Shown here: piece after piece, positions 13,671 to 23,716 of the stretch
How the letters are laid out: the number at the start of each line of letters is the position of its first letter
Position numbering within the stretch: position 1 is the first letter of the stretch
Assembly: GCA_043228905.1 (NCBI GenBank)
Contig: JBHGNT010000021.1
Coordinates: 8,060,001 to 8,124,000 of the forward strand
From: Azolla caroliniana
Taxonomy: Eukaryota > Plantae > Polypodiophyta
Direction: 5' to 3'
DNA length: 64,000 bases
The notes under the pieces: model-generated
The model's database searches: none
Seen by the model: the letters and a program-made list of their open reading frames with translations, nothing else
What the model was told of the DNA's origin: nothing
Program-made: the position numbers and the translations under genes

Positions 13671-14045
13671 TGTCATCATGACACTCACATCATGCCTCAA
13701 AAGAATTTGAACCCACGACCTTGTTATACACACGTCAAATCCTTAACCATTGTATTAATATTCTAATATGTATAGTTTTTAGAATATATAATTTAATATC
13801 ATAGGAATATTCTATATTACTCTACATTCTAGAATGACCTAGAATATTCTAGAGTGTTCTATACACTAGAACCTTCTAGAATACTCTAGAAACCTTCTAG
13901 ATTACTGTACATTCTAGGATGACCTAGAATATAATCCAAAGTGTTCTATATTACTTACAAATAGGGATCTATCAGTCATCCCAAAACTAAATTGGTTCAA
14001 CATCATTCTATAGCACTCTGTTGCCTACTCCTTCTAATCCGTTTT
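13671..14045 (+). repeat. Truncated LTR-like U3 fragment (TGTCA start) with an antisense tRNA-like cassette and a TCTAGA-rich repeat array
   Basis: Starts TGTCATCATG at the L1 break, like the LTR start TGTCATAG at 32869. Minus-strand box A-like at 13757-13747 and box B-like at 13713-13703. Many TTCTAGA motifs at 13770-13960. Orientation is inferred. Confidence 0.5.
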
Positions 14046-14183
14046 ACTCCATGACCTCCATGACATGATGGACAACCTTCTCCACGCGATTATCATCATC
14101 CTTTCAAAATCTCCCACTTGATTGCTTGAGGATGCCATCTCCAACTATCGGTCAATCCTCGCCTTGATCCTTCCTACCACTTC

Positions 14184-14201
14184 TTCACATCGGGTTCACC
14201 A
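14184..14201 (-). promoter_or_regulatory. Primer-binding site, tRNA-Trp-like
   Basis: Minus strand TGGTGAACCCGATGTGAA, complementary to the plant tRNA-Trp 3' end as I recall it (TTCACGTCGGGTTCACCA). Confidence 0.75.
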
Positions 14202-14208
14202 AGAAAGA

Positions 14209-15094
14209 TGTCGAGGAAATCCTCGCGTGTTCGCGAAATGAATCGGAACCACTAGGGTCCTGGATTGGAAGGATTCGAAGTTTATACTAGCTTTAGCGAG
14301 AAAGTATTTAAGAGAGATTGAGAGAGATTGAGAGACAGAGATCCAATTATGAGACAGATTGAAAGAGAAGATACCAATTATGAGACAAATTGAGAGAGAA
14401 GATACATCACGAATAAGATAGCTAGATGTTTTTTTATTAGAAGTTTTCTCCTTCAATACATAGCTTGGGCATTCTTTTATAAATGCCTACATGCATATGA
14501 TGCATGTGAGGGTGCATGAATTGCATGCGATGCATGTTTGCCATTTGGCGCTCATGCATTACATGTGATGCATGATAACCATGTCACTCATTCAAGCTCT
14601 CATGTATGAGAATTTACATGTGAAAAAGTATAATGATGAAAATACAACGTTTAAAGAAATGACTTGGCTTAGTGGTAAGTCAATTGTGTTATGTAAGATT
14701 GTCCCTCCATGTGGGTGAGTCGGCCGAAAAGCCGAAACGAGAGCCGGTTGGCTGAAATCGGTTAGAAAGCCGAAACGAGAGTCGGTTGGCTGAAATCGAC
14801 CGAAAAGCCGAAATGAGAGTCAGTTGACCGAAATCGACCAAAAAACTGAAATGGGATTCGATCGAATGGAAGTCAGCCAAATTGAAGTTCGAACAAATAC
14901 ACACATACATATATAAACATAGTCATATACATATGTGAGATAAGTTAGTATATATATAGAGAGCGTTGTATTAGCTACATATATATGTAATAACCTACTG
15001 AGAAAAAAAACAGTGAGAGAACTGCAAAGTGAACCCTTCTCGGTTTTCTCCTTTCCACGTGATTTTCACACCGTTGCCGAAAATCTTTACGACA
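14209..15094 (-). repeat. 3' LTR of element G (886 bp) with an internal ~38-bp tandem array at 14717-14880
   Basis: TGTCGAGG...TACGACA termini, followed by TCCACCCCCACC (PPT complement); matches 18381-19020. Confidence 0.85.
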
Positions 15095-15390
15095 TCCACC
15101 CCCACCAAACCGCACGTCCTTTGGTATGTGCCAAGAAAATAGAGTGTGAGATTTCGGCTATGGTGATCAATGCGATTCCTCCATTTCAAGCATGTCCATT
15201 CCTTTCACTCGAACCATTGTCGCCACCCAATCCACCATATCATTCACTCATTCTTCGCTTTACTATGACCAGTTGTCATGGCCCCTTCTTCTCCTTCCGA
15301 GCATAATTGTTTAGGCTTTATGCATGTTCCACCTTTGTCCTGATCGTCTCCTTGCTCAAGGCACTTTGACCCATCACGCATTTTTGTTTC

Positions 15391-16590
15391 TTATCTTCCC
15401 CAAGCCTTTATCTGAATAATGACATTGACGACCCCATGTAGTACCTTCAAGTGCATGCCCACTTCAAGATCCTTACGCGGCCATGCTTTATGTTTCTCAC
15501 TTTGTCCACTTTCATGGTACAATCGCATGTTAGAGTTGACAATCTTCACACTATTGTCTTTGTTAGATGTTTTGATCACATCCTTCGGATCCTCATGGCT
15601 CGCTTGGCCATCGGCATCCCTTGTCATACTTTGCTCGAACCCTTTGTTGCACGCATCAACTTTCGTCTCCATGCTTTGCTTGAACTCTTTCTCCCACACA
15701 TCAACTTCAACCCTTGCTTCTTCGTCGTCACTGCACTTCTCTTGGGTCTTACATTGGTTAATGCCCAAGTCTCTAGAACGAGTGTGGAGAGATCCATATG
15801 TATTTGTCGGCCACACCCCGACATCGTTATTTGCAGCAGCTTGGACATTTGCTTCCCCATCATCATCTTCTATCTCTTGGGTCTCACGTTGGCATTGAAC
15901 CAAAACTGCATGCCAAGTCTCTAGAACATGTGTGAAGGAATCCATTTGTCTTTGGTCAATTGTCCCCGACACCTTTGTCTTGATGTCATCTTTTACATCA
16001 TCTTTGAACTTCCCCTCGTTGTCACCTTCCGTATCTTGGGTCTTATGTCGGTTCTCAGATGCAACTGCCCAAGTCTTTGGAACTAGTGTGGGAAAAGTCT
16101 GGTCACCACCATTCACCATCGAGTCGTCCATATCTATTTTCGCTTCGATGTTGTTATCCTCATTGGCTTCATCCTTCACTTCCTCACAGCCACCTTCCAT
16201 CTCTTCGGTCTCATGTTGGCTCTCGGATGCAACTGTCGAAGTCTTTGGAACAAGTGTGGAGGAGTCCTCTTCATGGTCGTTGCTCTCTCTTGCCATCTTC
16301 AGGCCGATGTCATTGTCTGTACTGTCTTGGACCTTCTCTTCCTCTCGCCACCATCCATCCCTTGGGTCTCACGTTGGTTCCCAAACGCAACTGCCCAAGT
16401 CTCTAGATGAAGTGTTAGGAAAGTCTCTACATGGCCATCCGCCATCAACTCGTTCATAGCTATCTCCGACTCAATTTCGTTTCTCGTGGCTACCTCCTCA
16501 ATCACATCGTCCTCACACTCTTTAATTCCCTTGACGCAAGCTTCGATTAGGCTTGCTTCTTCATCATCCGATGTTTCAAACATGACATTG
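15391..16590 (-). pseudogene. Acidic repeat-containing ORF inside element G, function unknown
   Basis: ORFs 16299-16706 and 15391-16296 are in frame across one stop; five copies of TLV(P/L)(K/E)TWAVA...ETQE.E.D.EE. Confidence 0.6.
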
Positions 16591-17499
16591 TTGTGAGGAT
16601 TCACGATCACAGTGTGAAAACCGGGCAACATGGTGATATTGGCGGAGCTCCCTCTTGTAAAGATTGTACAAAGATAGTGGGTACCTTTAAGGCGTCGAAT
16701 AGGCATGATAGCCAGGCAAGATATCCCTCGAAGTGGGGGCGGGATATTTATCCCACATTGTAGTGTCCTTCCCTCCTTGGACTATAAAGGAGAGGAAGGG
16801 GCTCTTATGAGGGGTTGCCCATTTTGAGTTAGGAGGGTATAACACTTAGATCTAGGGTTTGGTAGTTGTCTCTTCTTCTTACTTCTTACCTTCTTTTAGG
16901 GTTTCATTTAGGGTCTTCTTCTTCTTTGTCTTATGGGTTTGATTCCTTCTTCTTGAATGGAGGTTTAGTAGTTGGTCTTGTTCTTCATCTTGTGAAAGTC
17001 ATGGGAGATTTAGGGTTTCGGGTTTCTTTATGTGATCAGAGCATTTCGCGTGGCAACTGGTTCAAGAAGGGAGGGTGAAGTGGCATGGGACCACTCCACC
17101 GTCTATGGGGCGTGACCAACGGTGGACATCGTGGTCCCAGTGGCCCACTTGACTCGCCTTCGCCGGTTCCCATTCTTAATTTGTTGTATAGCCATTTGTT
17201 TTGTGATAGCCACTGGATTCGTGGCATGTAAGCGTCTTGTTCTAAACATTTTGTAATATATATTTATGTTGGTGTATATCTATCTTCCGTTGTAACATAT
17301 TCGAGTTGAGTCCTTAATCACGGAGAACCGTGCCTTGACCCCCATCTTCATTGGATCCGGAGGCCGATTCTAGATTCCGATCTGACCAGAAGCCGATTCT
17401 AGACCAAAAGCCTATGGACCGGAGCTTGCAAAGCTTAATGTCTCCGCCATCTGATTCCCTCGTCAGTGACCCCCGTGGTCTCACCTAAGATCCTACATG

Positions 17500-18316
17500 T
17501 ACCCGTGGAATACAACGACAACGTGTGTTTCGAAACATTCTTCCTCTCTTGAAGTGGCCTTCGCCATCCTCGAGTCATCATCAATTTTCTTTTCATCCAA
17601 GTTGCTTTGTTTAGTCGGTTCGACTTCTTTAGATGGTCAAGTGTTTTTCTACTCTTGGCCTTACCAAGTCAATGTCATCAAGCCATTGACGACGCTTGTT
17701 GATCATGTTGCATGCTCGCTTCACCGCAATCCAGTCTGTCACAAGCCCATTCGCTTGGGTATCATCTTCGAGGAGAGTCCCCATTTCTCGTCTATCCTTC
17801 ATATCCACAACTTTTAGGAAGTACAAAGTCTTGTCCTCCTCAAGCAACACTTGGTTCGTGGTGCCGCGAGGACTAAACATTTGGTCGAACTCGTCGTATA
17901 CTCTCGAGGTGCTCATCTTCTTATTTTTCTTCTCTATCCACTTCATCAAGACATGTCGAGTCATCCTCGACAAATCTTCCGTCATGAACTCCGCTAATAT
18001 TGGTTTCTCAAACTTGGGCCATGTTGTCTTCCCTTCTTGAAGCTCGATGACTCGCCCTTTGGACGTTGTTGGTGATAACTCTGTTGAAACTTGAGATTTG
18101 ACGTGCTTCAGACATGTCCCTCTGATTCATCTCCCTTTTGTATGCATCAAGGAACTTTGTAATGTTCCTTCCATCAAATTGACCCATGACCTCCACGACA
18201 CGATGGATAGCCTTCTCCACGCTTGCATTGTTGTCCCGAGATCTCATCATTTGTTTGATGATTATCATCATCCTTTCAAACTCTCCCGCTTGATTGCTTG
18301 AGGATGCCATCTCCAA
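17500..18316 (-). pseudogene. gag: Gag N-terminal region of element G (frameshifted)
   Basis: GQFDGRNITKFLDAYKREM...ISSFNRV parallels 33713-34186. KTLYFLKVVDMKDRREMGTLLE...GLVTDW parallels gypsy E 63338-63655. Starts just after the PBS. Confidence 0.75.
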
Positions 18317-18355
18317 CTATCGGTTGATCCTCGCCTTGATCCTTCCTACCAATTC

Positions 18356-18373
18356 TTCACGTCAGGTTCACCA
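18356..18373 (-). promoter_or_regulatory. Primer-binding site, tRNA-Trp-like
   Basis: Minus strand TGGTGAACCTGACGTGAA, 7 nt from the LTR end at 18381. Confidence 0.75.
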
Positions 18374-18380
18374 AGAAAGA

Positions 18381-19020
18381 TGTCGAGGAAATCCTTGCGT
18401 GTTCGTGAAATGAAGTGGACCACCGGGGTCCTCGACAGGAAAGATTTGAAGTTTGTACTAGCTTTAGCGAGAAAGTATTTAAGATAGATTGAGAGAGATT
18501 GAGAGACAGAGATCCAATTATGAGACAGATTGAAAGAGAAGATACCAATTATTAGACAGATTGAGAGAGAAGATACATCACCAATAAGATATCTAGATTT
18601 TATTGTTATTAGAAGTTTTCTCCTTCAATACATAGCTTGTCCCACTTTTTTATAGATGCCCCCATGCATATGATACATGTGAGGGTGCAAGACTTGCATG
18701 TAATGCATGAAATGCATGCGATGCATGTTTTCCAATTGGCGCTCATGCATTACATGTGATGCATGATAACCATGTCACCCATTCAAGCTCTCATGTATGA
18801 GAATTTACATGTGAAAAAGTATAATGATGAAAATACAACGTTTAAAGAAATGACTTGGCTTAGTGGTAAGTCAATTGTGTTATGTAAGATTGTCCCTCCA
18901 TGTGGGGGAGTCGGCGGAAAAGCCAAAACGAGAGTCGGCTGGCCGAAATTGGTTAGAAAGCTGAAACAAGAGTCAGTTGGCCAAAATTGACCGAAAAGCC
19001 GAAATGCGAGTCGGTTGGTC
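18381..19020 (-). repeat. 5' LTR of element G, truncated in U3
   Basis: Aligns with 14209-14830, then switches abruptly to L1 endonuclease sequence. Confidence 0.85.
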
Positions 19021-19575
19021 TAGCAAGACAGGAGCATGATCTATATGCATTGTACATGTGAAATTTTCATACTGACTAGCATGCAACAAATACCATCTAT
19101 CAAGCCTTGCATAATATGCAGAGTGGGTGGTGTGATGAAAGGTAAAACTAGGAACATGTGGGTGTGTCATTTGCCATAAATCAACCCTGCATTTGGAGAG
19201 TTGATGAAATCTCCACATATAAATGCATTTTGTAGCCATGGATAAGCACAAATGTCTTGCCAAAGTAAAGCTCGGTCCCTTGAGGCATTCGGGGCATATA
19301 TTCCAACAAAATCATATGTCACGCCATTTATCATGTATTGCACAACCATCCACCTCCCACGTTGATCATTATAGGCAACCGTAGGATTTAGCTCATGTTT
19401 TATGATCATACGCACTCCATATGTTGTACCTTGACCATTGAATTCAACTTGTTTATGTTCTTGAACACAAATTACATCTGCTTGAGAAGAGTTAATATAG
19501 TTCCAAAATAGTTTCCATTTACTAGGGTTACAAAGTCTCTGTATATTGAAGGAGACACATTTGACTTGTTTATGC
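19021..19575 (-). pseudogene. L1 ORF2 APE-type endonuclease
   Basis: CVSFNIQRL, DVICVQEHK, GIYAPN, ICGDF, ARLDRWY, IDHAPVLL. Confidence 0.9.
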
Positions 19576-19699
19576 ATGATTAATATGGTTGAAGATATAA
19601 AACAAAGCAAAATACTAATATGATTGCATATTAGTATCACCGCCATGTTTATTTGCATGAAGACTAATATTTGAATTTGATCCATCTTTGTAAATGTCC

Positions 19700-20900
19700 A
19701 CATATATGAGCCTCTACTCACCCTTTTCAAGGCTTTTGAGACTGAAGAGAGCATTGAAGCATTAACCTGTAAAGATGAACCTTGATTCTCAAGTGCGTGA
19801 GTGTGGTTCCTCACCACCACATGTGTCTTGCTTCTAAAGGATTTCTTAGATATTTGCCATCCTTTAGTGTTCTCTTTGTCCACATCAAAGGCTTGTCTCA
19901 AATCTTGCATGTTTGATTGCACATTACCAATTATCTGCGGGACTTTACTTTTCCATATGCCTTGTACTCTCGATTTCTGGATGGGTTGCATCATAGATTG
20001 GTTTGTTGCCTTTGAAGAAGAAACCTGACCATTTTCTTTCAGTGATGTAGGTTTCAACGTTGTGGTTTCAGGTGGTTGAATAGTCAGTGTTGGGCATTCT
20101 GATTGCATATGACCAAACTTGCTACATGTGTAACATGTAACTTCAAATTGGCCCCATTTCAACTTAAAAGGTCTTGCACCAATACTTGGATCATTCGAGT
20201 TGAGGGTGATACCTTCCAAGATCGGAACATTTGTGTCCCAAAGAATGCAAAATCTATTAGAAGTACTTGTAGTTTTTGGGGGGCATACTACTCTCCCCAT
20301 TCCCGCTCCAATTTAAGTAACAAGTGATTCCAATTTCGTGGAAAATCAAGCACTTCCACCTAGACAAGACATTTTTGATGAATTAGCCCTTGATAGTCTT
20401 TTGTCAAAGACCACAACAATGCATGAACCATTTGATCTCTATATGTTAAAGGAGTTTTTTCAAGTAATTGAGTTTTGTACTTCGGTTTTGATAGCAATAC
20501 TTCATAAAACCCTCTAGTAGCAAAATAAACTCCACTAACTGCATAGACTTTAAACATGACATTTATCCATTGAGCCACGTCATTTGCAGAAGGCATCTTC
20601 CCAGGCAAGAAGAGAATAATAGCATTTGACATGTACACTTTTAAAGGATTCCACAAGTCTTGTGATGGGATAGTAAATGTCTTGCTTGGCAAAGGCCCAA
20701 AGCATGTCTTTCTAGCCTCTACAAAGTCCTCTACTAAACTATCCTGAAGCCATTTTGTATCTATGAGGTCTTCTATAATTTCTTTCCTCTTCTTATTCCA
20801 TACAGAAGATGATTGAGCATCCTTGACAACAATAATGTGGTAGACCTGCTACTTTGTATGTTGAAATGTAGAGAGGTCTACCAAAGGTAATGAGAGGAGC
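19700..20900 (-). pseudogene. L1 ORF1 with CCHC zinc knuckle
   Basis: CYTCSKFGHMQSEC; upstream ORF 20360-20692 (YFATRGFYEV) resembles the plant L1 ORF1 N-terminal domain; lies 5' of the endonuclease. Confidence 0.75.
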
Positions 20901-21290
20901 AAACCTGGTGTCTCATAGCTTAGGTCGAAATAGGCAAGTCCTGAAGTCTGCAATACACTCAGATTTGAGTGAATCTGACATTCTCAATCCATCCGGAGGG
21001 CTCCAAAAACCCCAAAACGACTCAAACCTCGTCCGATTCCAACTCCGGATGAGGGAGATATGAGAATTGAAAGGTAAATTCCGTCTCTCTATCTTGGATA
21101 GTCACATATGCCATCTTCCTTGAACACAATGTGCGATCCATATCCAAACTCATGACACTAATAAGGGACCCCGATCCGTCTCTTACCTTTGTTAGGGGGG
21201 TGTTCAGTCTTCTAACACCTTTTCCTTATGAATTAGTCAACACCAAAACCCTAATGTTAGAGAACTAAAGTTCTGGCGATGCTCATAATA

Positions 21291-22690
21291 TAACTCCACA
21301 ATGTGCAAATAGTCAACCCAATCATCTTGTTGGTAGTTGATGAAACAATAAAGTTATTGCTCCAATGTTTGATTCGTGCATTCGATTTCACCATTAGTTT
21401 TTGGATAATAGCTCGAAGAAAGTCTACAATAAATTTGTAAGAGGCTAAGAAAGTGTTTCAAAATTTTAGAGATGAATTGTGAGCCTCAATAACTAATGAT
21501 TAGTCATTGGGAAGATCATGATGCCAAAATACTTCATACATAACAAGATTTGATGTCTCTTGACTATTGATAGTCTTTGCACATGGAATCTTCAAGTGTG
21601 CAATCGTAATGAACTCATCCACAACATTGCGAATAACATCAAAAACTTTGAAAGATGAATGATTGGTAATTAAATTGATCCATGGACCATTGAGAACTCG
21701 TAAGGGCCAGAGTAACTCACATGGCTGATGTCAAAGACACTTTGACCAAGAACATGTACACAACTACAAATGTATTCCTTGACAAAGTTACAAAGTTGTG
21801 GCCCCCAATAGGTTCAAGAAACTAATTTCAAAGTCTTGCGGATTAAAAATGTCAAACCATTGTCAAGGCATTGTTTTAAGATTTGAAGTCAAGAAACAAA
21901 CAAAAAGGAAATAGAGTAGATTAATTTGAGAAAGCATGATCCCAATTGAATTTATGAGAATCCTTAAACCTTGAACAAGAAGCATGGTTTGGATTTCAAG
22001 ACATCTGTGTGAATCCATCTCCACCAAGATCAATAAGGATGGAATCAATAACAATTGAATCTATAGGACAATTTGCAAATGATCAAGTCTTGCTTTTTAT
22101 GGTCAAAAGTTGACTTCCCTAAACAAGCTGTCATATAAAACACCGAGATAGGGCAATTACCTTCCCTTGTATTCCTTGGAAATATATGATCAAGAAATTG
22201 AAATGCATAAGGAATTGTGCCCAAATGAGCTTTTCCACGATTCAGGACTCAAGCATTTTGGAAATTTGTAGTTCTTGTGATAATTGAATACAACAATATG
22301 ATGGGGATAACCTACTAGGAAATGGTTCCAATGCTCAAAAGAAACTACAATGGCCAAAATCTCTTTCATAATGCTACAAGTCAAGAATTGTTTGCACCTT
22401 TCATGGATCCATGAACATCCCCATGTTGAGACTATGTATCCTAGGAATTCTACTTAGTTGCGATCAAATCTAAGTTTCTTGAGTTTAGTGTCTTATAATC
22501 ATCACAGAATTTGGTGAATGCCATGCAAATCATGCTCCTCTTGAGTCTTCGAAAAGATCGGGATCTCATCTAGATAAATGAATGTGAGTAGATCCAAGAA
22601 GAATAAAAAAGTATCATTGGCCATATGTTGAAAATCCAATGGCACATTTGCAAAACCAACAAAGCATAATTGTATACTCAAAATCTCCAC
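21291..22690 (-). pseudogene. pol: Heavily decayed chromovirus-type gypsy RT/RNase H/integrase
   Basis: GFANVPLDFQHMANDTF...IYLDEIPIFSKTQEEH (RT); KEILAIVVSFEHWNHFLVG (RNase H); QDDWVDYL (integrase). Confidence 0.8.
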
Positions 22691-23467
22691 AATTGTACAT
22701 GGTGTTGTGATATGGCGTGTTCATAAGAAGAAAAGCATTTAAACTCTAGATTTTTGAAAGGTTGAAGGTTAGGATGAAGGTATGACTAGGATGATCTAAA
22801 ATAAAATATCTAGGATGACAAAAGATGTAACCTAATTGGCACGAGTTCACTCATTGAAAGAAATGGTCAAGGGTTTGAATATTGTGAAGGCAATATGTGG
22901 ACTTTAGTGGGTCAAATGAAGGCAATATGAATGAATAGTATAATGTATTGGATCGCCTTCAAATCTACAATAGACAGGAGTAGGTTGAAGAAGTATTGAA
23001 AGGTTCATAACTATGACTTGTGAGGGCCGTTTTCTGAATATAAGTACTTTGGTTGTTGTCTATCTATGATACATTGCATTGTGTCTAAGGAATAGCTTAC
23101 GATTAGTGTATTGTTTTCTCTATTTTGGATTTGTTTCCTCAACCAGTCTCTTTCACAAGACAGGTTGGGGGGAAAAAACTATGTATGTTGAAGTTGTTAT
23201 GACCCTTTTTATACAACTAATGGAAGGATATTTGTTTTGAAAATAAAATAAAATATGAATGAATAGTCATTTTACTCACACACGCACCACGTGAAGGTAG
23301 AAGGGACAAGAGAGTTCATTGTCATTTGGGTACTAGGCGGTAATGTTGTTGAAATTTTACTTGACCTCAGGATTGCGAATCAAGAGGGCATTCAACATTG
23401 ACAATGAAGAAAGGTGACGAAACCATCACCAGTGTGTCTACTGAACCAAAACTCAAGGATCTCGTTG

Positions 23468-23716
23468 TAAAGCTTTCTTCCTATTACTATAATATCGCGA
23501 ACTTACCTGTTGTTGTTTTAGTTGCTCCATGTCCCTCCATGTAATGGAGTTGAAACCTTGCCTTGTTTGTATCCATTTATTATCGTACTATTTTTATTTA
23601 ACATGGAACATTAATACCTACAAAAATTGATTATGGCAACCCTAATGTCTTGTTTGAATCGTGATCAAATGAGGATTGCCATGGATTTTTCAACTTGAAA
23701 ATCCAAGCACGGTGTG
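23468..23716. repeat. Left copy of a ~250-bp direct repeat abutting copia A
   Basis: TAAAGCTTTCTTCC...ATCCAAGCACGGTGTG, repeated at 29502-29748. Confidence 0.95.

Larger units (their letters stand above)
14050..19020 (-). mobile_element. Element G: pol-less gypsy derivative (5' LTR-PBS-gag-acidic repeat ORF-PPT-3' LTR), followed by a second PBS and gag start (tandem unit)
   Basis: Direct repeat 14050-14830 vs 18185-19020. PBS at 18356-18373 and 14184-14201. PPT context at 15095 nearly identical to gypsy E. No RT, RNase H or integrase motifs between the LTRs. Confidence 0.8.
10776..21106 (-). mobile_element. L1-clade LINE with both ends present, interrupted by a ~5.3-kb insertion (13671-19020)
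   Basis: Poly(A) tail seen as T8 at 10776-10783; TSD core TGCCATCTTCC at 10764-10774 and 21109-21119; ORF1 and ORF2 motifs listed separately. Confidence 0.85.
10445..21290. mobile_element. Probable old solo LTR (10445-10775 plus 21107-21290) inserted in the chromovirus integrase and later split by the L1
   Basis: Starts TGTTAC and ends with decayed ATAATA; flanks AAACT/TAACT. Removing it restores minus-strand QDDWVDYLHIVEF.*NN (the LAEFAYNN motif). TATA-like CCTATATAAG near 10666. Confidence 0.5.

Noticed and set aside
16594-17350. Separate solo LTR inside element G (TGAGGAT...ATCTTCA, TATA near 16782)
   Set aside because: It looks LTR-like, but no 4-5 bp TSD or second copy could be found, so its boundaries are unsupported.
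22700-23467. Possible host gene exon
   Set aside because: No ORF of 60 aa or more and no recognisable motif or splice structure; left unassigned.
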